A DNA stretch of 56,420 bases from assembly GCF_006345805.1 (NCBI RefSeq), contig NW_021834304.1, positions 1 through 56,420 on the forward strand. The letters are read 5' to 3'. A program made the position numbers and the translations under genes. The notes below the pieces were generated by a model. It was not told the origin of the DNA and made no database searches. It was given only the letters and a program-made list of their open reading frames with translations. Numbering within the stretch: the first letter of the stretch is position 1; every line of letters begins with the position of its first letter. This DNA is from Octopus sinensis (taxonomy: Eukaryota). Shown here one piece after another: positions 35,230 to 48,769 of this stretch.

Positions 35230-35770
35230 GTGGCATTTCCACTCTTTGCGAGGCTTCAGGATTACACCGTAACCCCTGCAGGGAGTCTAATGGATGTTGT
35301 GCCTTGCCAGAGGTTAACCTATGATTTTGTTCAGGACTGTTTATTGAATATTCGCAGCTAAGAGGCATGTCTATAGGCCATTCACCCTATCTACCAACTG
35401 GAGAATTGATGGATGGAAGTTTTCATCACCACACCATCGGAAAAAAAACTGGAATCCAAGAGGGATGACACTTACACCGAAATGATACGTCCCACCAAGA
35501 AACAGATGTAGAGAGATTTCCTGCTTGTTTCCAGCATTATAAGGGAAAGCACTTCCATTTTTCTAGACATTGTTGGCGAGATAAACTAGAGCTGCCTACT
35601 TATAGTTGTCTAAGTATGGCCGTACTCCAGTTGGTCATCAGAAAATAACGTATGTAGATCAACTCAGCAGAGACAATGATTGTCACTCTGAATACTTCCC
35701 TCAACAAATTCAGGTCCAAGATGGATGGCGTGTGCAGGTTAAAAATATCTGAGTTCGACCAGATGCGCAT
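35230..35770 (+). mobile_element. Degenerate RTE-related LINE 3' end
   Basis: Frameshifted pieces KKLESKRDDTYTEMIR; HCWRDKLEL; VGHQKITYVDQLSRD; DGWRVQV, resembling the RTE C-terminal LDGxYTRMLR / GHCWR / GRPxxTYxDQL pattern. Confidence 0.6.
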
Positions 35771-36072
35771 AGAAAGGCAAAGGCGAAAATGAGTGCAGCT
35801 AGAATACGAACTCAGAGCATTACAGAACGTATAAATGTCATTCGGTATATTGCAGAATGCACTTACTTTTATTTTTTACCCAATATATTTCTTCGAAAGC
35901 CCAGTTTTTTTTAATTAATTCTGGCTTTGAAAATATTCATCACAATATATACTAATCATTTCTGTGAGAATTTATTTCCATAATTTATACTGATAGCCCA
36001 AGTATAAAAACCGAAACAAACACCCCACAATATCACTAGTAAAAATTCATAGGAATGATCTGGCTCCCTTCC

Positions 36073-36154
<82 letters not shown>

Positions 36155-36209
36155 CATCCTTCCATCTATCCATCTGTCTGTCTATTTATCTATCTATCAA
36201 TCTCTCTCC

Positions 36210-36249
<40 letters not shown>

Positions 36250-36271
36250 GTTCTGTCTGTATATCTCTCTG

Positions 36272-36361
<90 letters not shown>

Positions 36362-36610
36362 CGTGTGTCCTTTATCATTCTCATTTTTTCTAATTTCTTC
36401 CTCTCTTTTTATCGTTATCTTTCTTGTTTTTCCTTATGTATAAATCACTACAAATGAAAACCTGCGGTACACATTTTATTGCTGTTGGGGAAAAAATACA
36501 TATATTTACTGATTCATCAGCTCCTTGGTTACTAGCAGTTATTACTCACTGCAATAATTATTTGCAGAGTTTTATCCTTCCTGCTGTTATTGTAGATTTA
36601 ACTATTATTG

Positions 36611-36665
<55 letters not shown>

Positions 36666-36870
36666 GAACTATAATTTGAAAGATGCATCATATATTTTTT
36701 CTTTCTTACCTAGCAACAAAGATTAGCTTACGTTCTGTTTGTTGTTGGATATATTAGCGGAATATTCAGAATCAAAATTTGTTTTGTCAGATGACTCCAA
36801 AACACTTACATAACCAGAGTAAATACATCAATTAACTGGAATATGCACGTATTTATTCTTATTGGTCAAA

Positions 36871-37111
36871 CTGTGGCTGTATGGTGAGTAGCTGGCTTCC
36901 GAATCACATGGCACCGGGTTCAGATCACTGCCTGCCAGCTAGGGCAAATCACTTCTAATATAGCTTCGGGCCGACTAAAGTGTTGTGAATGGATTTGCTA
37001 TACGGAACCTGAAGGAAGTCCTCTATCGTATTTATATATATATATATTATATTATATATATATGTGTGTGTGTGAGTGTGTGTGTGTGTGTGTGGTGTAT
37101 GTATATATATG

Positions 37112-37194
<83 letters not shown>

Positions 37195-37601
37195 ATGTAT
37201 ATATATCTTTATATATAAAACTGTAGTTGTGTGAGTGTCTGTCCCCTTCGATTTAGATTCCTAACTACTCCCACATTTTGCGGTGCAGTTTAACCAAAAC
37301 CGGGTATCTTATAGTCGTGATTCATATCAAGCGCTTCTGGGTATTAGCGCGCGTCTACGATGAGTCTACGATTTTAAAAATAATTTACCATCACTTTTTT
37401 CCATTTTAAGGCAGATTTTTTTAATATATGGGAAGTAACTCTCTAAAAATGTCTACGATGAGTCAACGATTTAAAAAAAAATTTACCATAATTTTTTTTC
37501 CATTTTTAATGCATTTTTTGCTATTTTTTGGCTATAACTCTCTAAAAATGCTTTATAGTTATTTCCCTTACAAACCCGAGCAACGCCGGGCGATACTGCT
37601 A

Positions 37602-37646
<45 letters not shown>

Positions 37647-37866
37647 GTATGAATGTTTTTCTGTCTGTGTTTATTCCCCCACCATCGCTTGACAACAGAT
37701 GTTGGTGTGTTTACGTCCATATAACTTAGCGGTTCGACAAAGAGACCGAGAGAATAAGTACTAGACTTACAACGAATAAGTCTTGGGGTCGATTTGTTCG
37801 ACTAAAGGCAGTGCTCCGGCATGGCCGCAGTGAAATGACTGAAACAAGTAAAAGAGTAAAAGAATA
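36871..37866 (+). mobile_element. SINE family A with a Helitron nested in its internal microsatellite
   Basis: Diverged head 36871-37030; 3' half resumes ~37640 and ends GTAAAAGAGTAAAAGAATAA. Confidence 0.75.
37206..37602 (+). mobile_element. Non-autonomous Helitron H1, copy 2
   Basis: TCTTTTATATATAAAAC start; CCCGAGCAACGCCGGG..CTAG end; inside (TA)n. Confidence 0.82.
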
Positions 37867-38799
37867 AATACCAATAGATAACGGTGTGTATGTTTGTATT
37901 TCACACGCTACTGTACATTAGAACTGAAAGACATTCGCTGCGGAAACTTTGTCTCGGAGGAAATTTATCCTTTTACGTGTGTGTTAAAATCATTGACTCA
38001 GGCACTGAATGATGTCAGCGGTCTGAGAGACACACGTTTCGGAATGAAAACATCTCCTCGGTGACAACCACTGTTTTAAAATTTTCGTAGCTCTTGTACT
38101 TAAGTAACACCCTGTGTAATCTGCAGAAAACACATTTGCTTATGCGTGCTGACAATTTGTCTAGCTATAATTTATTTATTATGAATACACAAAGCTGCGT
38201 TGAGCAAAATTACAATATATGCTTATATATATAAATTTATAGAACGTTATTTTGCTCGTCGGTATTTTATATGCTTATTATAAAATAATTAGATACAGCT
38301 CAGAAAACATGAATATGTATGTTTGTACGGGTGTGTGTAGGTGTATGTATTTATGTGTAAACGTATGTAGTTGAGATACAAGCATATCAAAATTACGTAT
38401 TAGAAAATATATGGAGGACTTGTTTCGACCATTAATGATGTCTAGTAAGCGATTTCTGCATCATTTGACCTCCTTCAGGAATAACAGGTGGCCAAACCGT
38501 TTAAATACGTAGCAGATCTAGTAGACCTGGACTTAATAATTTCCATACTGTACATGTTTAACATTACTTAATATGAAAGTTCTGTCAACGGGAAAAGCAA
38601 TCCAAACCGTATCACGGTGTGATAAGTGAAATAAATGTCAGAGATGCTTTGCCCCACGCAGAAGCTACAGGTGATAGTCAGAGGTTTTGCAAGCTCTTCT
38701 AAACCCATCGCAATGCTAGAAACCGTTCTGCATCGTTTGCAGGTATTCCGGGGTCACAGGTTTTTCGTGCCTTGGCCTGTAGACTTCGTCTGAGTGTAA

Positions 38800-39560
38800 C
38801 AGCGAGAACTGAGCTAGTCTTCAACTTATCAAAGGGTTCCCTATGTGATTTCTTATCAACCGTAGCACATTTGAGCTAATTTCTGCTGCTGTGCCTATTT
38901 CCTTCATAATCTTCTGCAGTTGTCTTGGTTCCAGACTTATCTTCTGCAGGAAATAGCGCACTGATTTACATGGAAAGCAGCGACGGTCCAATTCAGTGGG
39001 GAATTAGAACGCATGCCAGCACTTGACAAGGGCCTCATCGACAAAATCCTGATATTTCAATTTCATTACCTGGTAGGAAATATCGAGTCCGTCCACCCAG
39101 GGCATTGTGTGTTCGGCCAACATGATTGCTTTTGTATTCCTGAAGAGCAGGAACATGTCTGGTCGGAGTGATATTACCATTATCGCCTCAGGAAAGACAA
39201 GTCTTCCCTTCAGATTCACTTGCTTCTCCCAGTCTGAGGCTAACCGCAAAATAGAAAGCGGGTCCCTTTCTATTGCTTTCAGTAGAGCGCTCGTTTTTTA
39301 AAATTCAGATTCATAATTGGAGAACCAAAGGACATGAAGGGATGTTACTTCCTCGTTTAGGCATTTTTCTTTCCAAATTTTAATAGTATTTTCCTGGAGT
39401 AGGCCTTGAGATATTTTTGAAATATTCACTTGCAGTTGTGCATCAATTGTCTTGACGCAAGGACAAATTCCAAACTATCCTTAGGAGCTTTGTTACCTTG
39501 CTTTATGAATTCAATACCCTTTGGTGGCGATGGTGGGTAGTGTCTCTTGTCCATTAATCT
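38800..39560 (-). mobile_element. HERO/R2-related LINE with restriction-like endonuclease (RLE), degenerate 3' part
   Basis: Minus ORF DWEKQVNLKGRLVFPEAIMVISLRPDMFL..TKAIMLAEHTMPW..KYQDFVDEA, matching the RPD..ELTVPWE..KY RLE pattern. Confidence 0.7.
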
Positions 39561-40155
39561 TTACAAATGACACCACATACCATACATCTGACATTAATAA
39601 CTCCTCCTGAGAATTCTCTATCATTTACAGAACCCATTACTGTTTCTTTTTCTTTTCTGAAATATACTTACGTTAGGATATCAACACACTTAGAAAAGCG
39701 TATCTGTGCATTCTTCTAATTATTAAACTTCTAAATGGAAAGGTGGATCCACTACTTCGATGCAATTATTTATTTTACTCAATAGCTAAGTCAATATATT
39801 TCCTACAATTTTCAGCCTGCACCTGCATATCATTATACTAATTCGATATTGCTTGGTCAATTATGTACATATTATTCTTTTCATTATTGCTGTTCACTTT
39901 GAGTCTGAATTACGTTATAATAATTTCGTACTTCTCTGTCAATTATTTATAGCCTATTGTCATTTATGTCATAGAAAATGATGTTACTTTTCATCATATA
40001 ATATCGAGTGGTCTCTAAAACTTCGCACTGTCTCTCACCTGAATACCACATTACGTCTATGAACTGTCTGTCTCAGACATAATAACAGCTGTCGCAGACT
40101 TAGATTCAAATCTATTACCTTATTTATCATCGCCTCAGCATCATCATCAACATCA

Positions 40156-40232
<77 letters not shown>

Positions 40233-40252
40233 TATTATTATTATTATATTAT

Positions 40253-40665
40253 TGGTGAGCTGGCAGGAAAGGCGGCGAGCTGGCAGAATCGTTAGCACGC
40301 CGGGCAAAATTCTTAGTGAGGTATTTCGTCAGCCGCTACGTTCTGAGTTCAGATTCCGCCAAGGTCGACTTTGTCTTTCATCCTTTCGGGTCGATTAGAT
40401 AAGTACCAGTTACGCACTGGGGTAGATATAATCGACTTAATCCGTTTGTCTGTCCTTGTTTTTCCTCTCTGTGTTTAGCCCCTTGTGGGTAGTAAAGAAA
40501 TAGGTATTTCGCCCGTCGTTACGTTCTGAGTTCAAATTCCGCCGAGGTCGAACTCTGCTTTTCATCTTTTCAGGATCTATAAAAAAAATACCAGCTACGC
40601 ACTGGGATCGATGTGATTGAATGTCCCCTCTTCACAATATGTAGGCCTCGAGCCTATAGTAGAAA
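40253..40665 (+). mobile_element. SINE family B with duplicated internal module, between (ATT)n tracts
   Basis: GGCGGCGAGCTGGCAGAATCGTTAGCACGCCGGGC head; two GTTCTGAGTTCA..GGTCGA modules. Confidence 0.82.
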
Positions 40666-40722
40666 GGATTATTATTATAATTATTATTATCATTATTATT
40701 ATTATTATTACTATTATTATTA

Positions 40723-40793
<71 letters not shown>

Positions 40794-40975
40794 GCCTTTG
40801 CAAAGCTTCTAACACTGGAGATGTACTACAGTGTCAGCTGTTCACTACAAGTGAACTAAGGTAACCCATCTTATTTTTCGAGCAGCATCCGGAGTATTCG
40901 AGCATTTCCAATCAGTGCTGTTTTCTGTAAGTGCTCCACCCTTATTGCAGCCCCTATTTATTCCATGTACTTCTG
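40794..40975 (-). mobile_element. R4/Dong-like LINE 3' end (family 2) with (TAA)n tail
   Basis: Minus strand IGAAIRVEHLQKTALIGNARILRMLLEK*; similar to 47357-47540. Confidence 0.72.
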
Positions 40976-41182
40976 CATCACTTGACTCCAAAAATAACAG
41001 ATAGGCAATCCGTTTAAATACACATCAAATCAAGTAAAACTCAAGTTGATAATTTGCATACAACACATGTTTAACATTTAATAAGAAAGTTCTCTCAACG
41101 AGAAAAACAATCCAAAACGTATCAAGGTCTGATAGGTGAAACTAATATGCAGGAGCTACTCAGAGTTTTGCAATCTCTTCAT

Positions 41183-41340
41183 TACCCTGCGCGTGTAAGC
41201 GAAAGCAGGGTATTGTAATCACTCGTCTTTGTCTGTTTGTCTGTGTGTTTGTAAACTTACTGGAAAACGACTGAATGGATTTTCACCAAATTTGGCAGCA
41301 ATATTTATTGGATGAGTGGCTAGAAATGATGAAAATGGTT
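41183..41340 (+). mobile_element. Helentron/HINE-like fragment
   Basis: 5' palindrome TACCCTGC..GCAGGGTA (41183-41212), then GTCTGTTTGTCTGT and GATTTTCACCAAATTTGG core motifs. Confidence 0.45.
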
Positions 41341-41589
41341 CGATTATCTTTAAGCATACACGTAAATACATACATAGATATGTATGTGTATGTGTGTGTG
41401 TGTGTGTGAGTACAGTGAAGGATTCAAGGGTTTAGGTTATTTACGAGTTGATTTCTCAATTTCACCGGAGTATAAATACCTATAAGAGTGATACTTAAAA
41501 AGAAAACTAATTAATAATTCAGTTCAATTAAAAATCACGGGTAAACTCCGCCTTATAAGTCACACTATAATTTACGAAAATATTTATCT

Positions 41590-42069
41590 GCACGCAAGGT
41601 ATGCATCGCGACATGATCTCATATCAAGACTAACGGCGCATGATCTTGCAGATAGGGTCCAGTTAGAATTTTCTTCAGTTTCCGTAGCCCATCCCGCCCA
41701 AAAGGTCCCTGAATAAGGCTAGTTTAAGGATGAGGAATGAAACACCCATGTTTCCAGAGGTGAATTATTCAAATCCCAAAGAATTCCTTTCATCACATGT
41801 CTATGAAGAATCCCTTCTACTTCTGCGCGTCATCATAGATGCACATATCGTCAGCTAACAAGGGACATGTTCAACCGGTTAATGTCAAGCAACTGACAAG
41901 CAAATCTGTGGTATTGAACAGAATATTTGCTGTAGCCCATGTTTTTATACCAAGACAAAACAATGTGCGTGATAACACTTCCAATTCGTTAAGATTAGAT
42001 CCATGAAAGCCACTGACTGGGGCTGCATCAGGGCATTTAGCCACTACCTGGTACTGCATCAGGACATTT
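41590..42069 (-). mobile_element. Non-coding element starting directly from the (TAA)n array; possible 5' UTR or non-autonomous derivative of an R4/Dong LINE
   Basis: GC-richer unique block abutting the ATT array, same orientation as neighbouring LINE fragments, 31 bp tandem duplication at the junction. The assignment is inference. Confidence 0.4.
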
Positions 42070-42103
42070 ACATTTATTATTATTATGATTATTAATATTT
42101 TTA

Positions 42104-42145
<42 letters not shown>

Positions 42146-42412
42146 ATTATTATTATTATTATTACATTATTATTATTATTATTGTTATTATTTTCCTCCT
42201 TTCTTCAAATGTTCTTCCGTTTCTCGCCGAGTGTTTTCCGTACACCTGGGGCAGAGAAGCTCATTGTATGCATTCCCAGATTACACACGCAAATTCATAG
42301 GTAAAATATGTATTTAAAAAATCAATGAATAAATAAATTCATGAATGGATGTTGTTTTCACAGCGATAATGCTCTTCTCCGTACATGAGCCATTCCAGTT
42401 AACACGATTCTT

Positions 42413-42492
<80 letters not shown>

Positions 42493-42504
42493 GATAACTA
42501 TTAC

Positions 42505-42571
<67 letters not shown>

Positions 42572-42691
42572 GTAATTATTATTATTATATTATTATTATT
42601 ATTATTATTATTACGATACCTATTACTAATTATTATTATTATTATATTATTATTATTATTATTACGATAACTATTACTATTATTATTATTA

Positions 42692-42722
<31 letters not shown>

Positions 42723-42857
42723 GTTATTATTATATTATTATTATTTTATTATTATTATTATTATTGTTATTATTTAATATTATTATTATTAATATTATCA
42801 TTATTATTATTATTATTACGATAACTATTACTATTATTATTATTATTATTATTATTA

Positions 42858-42903
<46 letters not shown>

Positions 42904-42960
42904 GATAACTATTACTATTATTATTATTTTATTATTATTATTTTCTTATTATTATTATTA

Positions 42961-42995
<35 letters not shown>

Positions 42996-43085
42996 TATTA
43001 TTTACTTGTTATTATTATTATTTTATTATTATTATCATTATTATTATTATTATTATTACGATAACTATTACTATTATTATTATTC

Positions 43086-43125
<40 letters not shown>

Positions 43126-43166
43126 GTTTTATTCTTATTATTATTATTATTATTATTAATTTATTA
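42070..43166. repeat. (ATT)n array with interspersed ACGATAACTATTACT units (broken by a unique block ~42195-42415)
   Basis: Directly visible. Confidence 0.93.
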
Positions 43167-44613
43167 TTCTATCTATGTTTGACTTTTGCTTTATATTTGT
43201 ACAAGTTGGCTCCAAGTCTCACCCAGAGACCTCAAGAGACAACAGGGTTGGAAGTTCATGTTGTTGTAATGCCTAGTGTGCCATATATTTGGGGGGGGTG
43301 GGGATGTTGTACTAATGAATGTCTAAAAAAAAAATTTTTTTTTTTTTTTTTTTTTTAAACCGAAAATTATGGTTGTTTAAAACCTTGAGGTTACATAGAG
43401 AGTATTTTGCGTAGGATATGAGCAGTTCCCATGAGCACTATCTTTTGAACTTCTGCCATTTTTTTTGGGTTTCCTGGTATCTGAGTTAGGTAGCTATCAG
43501 CCCCTTTTGCTATCATTCCCAGGCACCTATGACAACAGGTATTGTTTTAGTCTTCAGCTTCCACATTTTGCTGATTTCTATTTCAAGATCTTTATATTTG
43601 CTCAGTTTTTGGTAGGTCCTGACAGATACGTTTATATCGATTGGGACAGTCATATCAATGAGGAGGCATGTTCTTTGTTTGAAGTCTTTCAATATGATGT
43701 CTGGCCTATTTGCATCTATCTTCCTGTCAGTTTGAATGGTGAAGTTCCAGAGGAGTGAGATGTGGTCATTTTCAAGCACTGGGGGTGGTTTGTGTTCCCA
43801 CCAGTTTTTTTCATGGGGCAAATCCAGTTTTTACAGATTACCCAGTGAATATATTGTGCAGCTCTATCGTGCCTGTTGAGATACTCTGTAGGCCTAGAAG
43901 ACTGCACTTGGAGACCACATGGTCAATGGTTTCATTTTTTTTTGCTTGCATACCCGACACGTTGGACTGCTTCTGATCTTTAATATGTTGGCCTGGTAGT
44001 TTCTTGTTGGTAGGCATTGATCTTGAGCTGCTATGATAAACCCCTCTGTTTCAGATTTTAAGCCAGAGGCCATTAGCCATTGATGGGTCAGGGCTTTGCG
44101 ATATCTGCATTATTCGCTCTCTTGGGTATTTGCCGTAGAGAGGTTTTTCTTGCTAGTTATATTCAGAATATCTAAGGCCGCAGTTTTGGCACGGGTTTTC
44201 ATGCGCCTAGCTTTTTCTGTGCTTGTTTCTTGTATGTCTATCTCTAATTCGAAATTGGTTGTATTCGGAATTCATTAGATATCCTTTGCCTGTTTTGTGA
44301 CTGAGTATGATGCTTTCTTGTTTTCATGTTTTGAGACAAGTTTTAACATCCAGTCCTCAGAGTTTTTCAGGGAGGTGTCTAGGCCAATGTAGCAATCTTA
44401 TTGTTATTGCCAGTTGCAAAAAGACACGGCCTCCTTCTTTTCTTGGCAGATAGAGTCGTTCTGTATCTGCCTTTTAGGGTGGTGCATTCTATGCATTGTC
44501 AACAGTTTCCTTATTTTTCTGTCGAGCTGACATATTTCAGTAATTGACCAGTTAACAATATTGAAACTGTAAGTCACGACTGGTATAGCTAATGCATTGA
44601 TTGCTTCGATCCT
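43167..44613 (-). mobile_element. R4/Dong-clade LINE (family 1), 5'-truncated, inserted in (TAA)n
   Basis: RIEAINALAIPVVTYSFNIVNW (RT thumb); CRVCK..ETIDHVVSKC zinc knuckle; RHDRAAQYIHW; TDRKIDANRPDII..IDMTVP..KYKDL..IPVVIGA (RLE). ATT arrays on both sides. Confidence 0.9.
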
Positions 44614-44617
44614 ATTA

Positions 44618-44654
<37 letters not shown>

Positions 44655-44852
44655 CATTATTATTATTATTATTATGATTATTATTATTATTATTATTATT
44701 ATCATTATTATTATTATTATTATTATTACGCTAACTATTAATTATTATTATTATTATATATTATTATTATTATATTATTATCATTATTGTTATATAATTA
44801 TTATTATCATTATTATCATTATTGTTATTATTATTATTATTTTTATATTATG

Positions 44853-44901
<49 letters not shown>

Positions 44902-45069
44902 CATTATTTATTATGGTTATTATTATATATTATTATTATATTATTATTATCATTATTATTATTATTATTATTACGATAACTATTACATTATTATTATTAT
45001 TATTATATTATTATTATTATTATATTATTGTTATTATTATTATTATTATTATTATGATTATTATTATTA

Positions 45070-45112
<43 letters not shown>

Positions 45113-45175
45113 CATTATTATTATTATTATTATATTATTATTATTATTATTACGATGACTATTACTATTATTATA

Positions 45176-45209
<34 letters not shown>

Positions 45210-45276
45210 GTGATTATTATTATTATTAGTATTATTATTATGGTATTATATTATTATTATTATTAGTATTATATTA

Positions 45277-45328
<52 letters not shown>

Positions 45329-45340
45329 GATAACTATTAC

Positions 45341-45385
<45 letters not shown>

Positions 45386-45397
45386 GATAACTATTAC

Positions 45398-45436
<39 letters not shown>

Positions 45437-45448
45437 GATAACTATTAC

Positions 45449-45520
<72 letters not shown>

Positions 45521-45855
45521 GATAACTATTACTTTATTATATTATTATTATTATATTATATATTATTATTATTATATTATGATAACTATTACTATATTAT
45601 TTTATTATATAGTAATTATTATTATTATTATTATATTATTATTATTATTATTATATTACGATAACTATTACTATATTTATTATATATTATTATTATTATT
45701 AATTATTATTATTATTATTATTAATATTATTATTTTATTACGATAATATTATATTATTATTATTATTATTTTATTAGTATTATTACGATACTATTACTAT
45801 TATTATTATTATGATATTTATTATTATTATTACGATAACTATTATATTATTATCA

Positions 45856-45895
<40 letters not shown>

Positions 45896-46028
45896 GATAA
45901 CTATTACTATTATTATTATTATATTATTGTAATTATTATATTATTATTATTATTTTTATTATACGATAACTATTCTTAATTATTATTAGTATTATTATTA
46001 GTATTATTAGTATTATTATTACGATAAC

Positions 46029-46060
<32 letters not shown>

Positions 46061-46265
46061 TATTATGATATTACGATAACTATTACTATTATTATCATTA
46101 TTATTATTATATTATTATTATTATTATTATTCTTATACGATTAACTATTACTATTATTATTATTATTAGTATATTATTATCATTATTATTATTACGATAA
46201 TATCTATTATTATTATTTGTTATTATTATATAATTATTATTATATTATAATATTATTACGATAAC

Positions 46266-46302
<37 letters not shown>

Positions 46303-46424
46303 TATTATTATTACGATAACACTATTACTATTATTATTATTATTATTATTATATTATTATTACGATAAAAAACTATACTATTATATTATATTATTATTAT
46401 ATATTATTACGATACCTATTACTA

Positions 46425-46460
<36 letters not shown>

Positions 46461-46596
46461 GATAACATTACATTATTATTATTATATATATATTATTATT
46501 ATTATTATTACGATAACTATTACTATTATTTTATTATATTATTATATATTATGTTATATTATTATTATTAATATTATCATATTATTATTATTGTTA

Positions 46597-46628
<32 letters not shown>

Positions 46629-46789
46629 TCATTATTATTATATTATTATTATTACGATAACTTTAGTTTTATTATTATCATTATTCTATTATTATTATAT
46701 ATTATTATTGTTAATTATTATTATTATTATCATTATTATTATTATATTATATGTTATTATTAATGATTATTTTATTATTATTATTATCA

Positions 46790-46828
<39 letters not shown>

Positions 46829-47160
46829 GATAACTATTACTATTATTATTATATATTATATTATGATTATTATATACGATAACTATTACTATTATTATAT
46901 TATTATTATTATATTACGATAACTATTACTATTATTATTATTTTTATTATTATATTATTATATTATTATATTATTACGATAACTATTACTATTATTATTA
47001 TTATTATCATTATTATTATTATTATTATTATTACGATAATATTACTATTATTATTATTATATTATTATATTATACGATAAGATACTATTATTATCTTTTA
47101 TTATTATTTTATATTATTATTATTATATTATTATATATTATTATTATACGATAACATTAC

Positions 47161-47196
<36 letters not shown>

Positions 47197-47241
47197 GTAA
47201 ATATTACTTTATTATTATGATTATTATTATTATTGTTATTA

Positions 47242-47272
<31 letters not shown>

Positions 47273-47356
47273 TATTATTATCATTATTATTATTATTATT
47301 ATTACTATTATTATTATTATTATTATATTATTATTATTATATTATTATTATTATAT
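44614..47356. repeat. ~2.7 kb higher-order (ATT)n satellite with recurring ACGATAACT-ATT-ACT unit
   Basis: Directly visible; the motif recurs many times at irregular spacing. Confidence 0.95.
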
Positions 47357-47870
47357 GCCTTTATACAGCTTCTAATGCTGGAGATGTACTACGGTGCCAG
47401 CTGTTCACTATCAAGGAGCTAAGGTAACACCCCTTACTTTTCGAGCACCATCCGGAGTATTCGAGCGGTTCCAAGCAGTGCTGTTTTCTGCAAGTGCTTC
47501 ACTCTTATCGCAGCCCCTATCTGCTCAAATGTACTTCTCAAGATTTTTGCTCACTATTCCCAGAGATCCGACAATTATTGTGACTACGTCCACTACTGGT
47601 TAACAGCCCAAACTAACCTGACATATCTGCCGAATTTTCTTTCTTCCTTATCGTATACCTTGCTGTCAGCTTGGCATGCTATATCTATGGCCAGCATCGT
47701 TTGCTTTCCTTCTCAATGAAGACGATATCTGGTTTCCTATTGCTTATCTCATTGTCGTACTGAATCATAAAATCACATAGGATCTTTGCATCATTTTCGA
47801 TGAGACCTTCAGGTTTATGTCCGTATCACATTTTTGCTCTGTCAAGTCCATACAGAAAAAAATGGACTTG
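47357..47870 (-). mobile_element. R4/Dong-like LINE 3' fragment (family 2), flanked by ATT arrays
   Basis: Minus strand HKPEGLIEN..KILCDFMIQ..RKPDIVFIEKE; LQKTALLGTARILRMVLEK*. Confidence 0.8.
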
Positions 47871-47886
47871 ATTATTATTGTTAGTA

Positions 47887-47924
<38 letters not shown>

Positions 47925-48104
47925 TTTATTATCATATATATTAGCCAGAAAAGTCCACGATGTATTGAGTGCGCGATAGGTGAACCGCAATATGGCGAAT
48001 GATTACTGTACGTATATATATATATATAGGGAGAGAGAGGGGGGAGAAAGATGGAAGGATGGAGGAAGGGAGGGAAAGAAAAGTTGAGAGAGAGATAGCG
48101 TAAA

Positions 48105-48385
48105 GGCGGATGGCTCAGTGGTTAGAAAGTCGAGCTTACGATCGTGAACTCACAACAACACGTCACAGGTGCCGAGCTATATCAGCCTTTGCCTTTCTCT
48201 GTGATAACATCGGTGGCGTAGAGAAGGGAGGCTGGTATGCATGAGTGGACTGCTGGTCATCAATAAAAAAAAAAGAAACAACCCTGGGTTGTGCGTTTGC
48301 CGGTGAGGCGACTTTCCTCCCAGACTTGTACCTCGGAGGGGAAACTCTTAGGTGCACGCGTGGTCATTCTTGACCGACGGAGTCG

Positions 48386-48390
<5 letters not shown>
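48105..48390 (+). mobile_element. Probable SINE family D, internally deleted
   Basis: A box TGGCTCAGTGG; 3' end ACCGACGGAGT shared with family C; B box not seen. Confidence 0.5.
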
Positions 48391-48449
<59 letters not shown>

Positions 48450-48522
48450 TATTTATGTATGTATGTATGTAGTATTCTGTATTTATGTATATATAATATA
48501 CACACACACCACGTGTACATAT

Positions 48523-48735
48523 ACTCCTACTCTTTACTCTTTTACTTGTTCAGTCATTTGACTGCGGCCATGCTGGAGCACACCTTTAGTCGAGCAAATC
48601 GACCCCGGGACTTATTCTTTGTAAGCCCAGTACTTATTCTATCGGTCTCTTTTACCGAACCGCTAAGTGACGGGGACGTAAACACACCAGCATCGGTTGT
48701 CAAGCAATGCTAGGGGGACAAACACAGACACACAA

Positions 48736-48769
<34 letters not shown>

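Noticed and set aside
38029-38061. Minus-strand CCGAGGA..GAAACGTGTGTC, possible decayed PLE hammerhead
   Set aside because: Core U4 is altered, stem II register is inconsistent and no stem I partner is present.
40040-40160. Minus-strand frame MINKVIDLNLSLRQLL.. ending at CAG|GTGAGA
   Set aside because: Emerges directly from a TAA array with no acceptor or promoter context; too short to support.
44614-47356. CRISPR-like pattern (constant motif with variable spacers)
   Set aside because: Spacers are only ATT runs, the context is eukaryotic and no cas genes are present.
42764-47427. Long poly-I/Y/L ORFs, and similar YI/CV/HT/poly-S ORFs elsewhere in the track
   Set aside because: Translations of ATT, TA, CA, GATA and GAA microsatellites; no coding signal.
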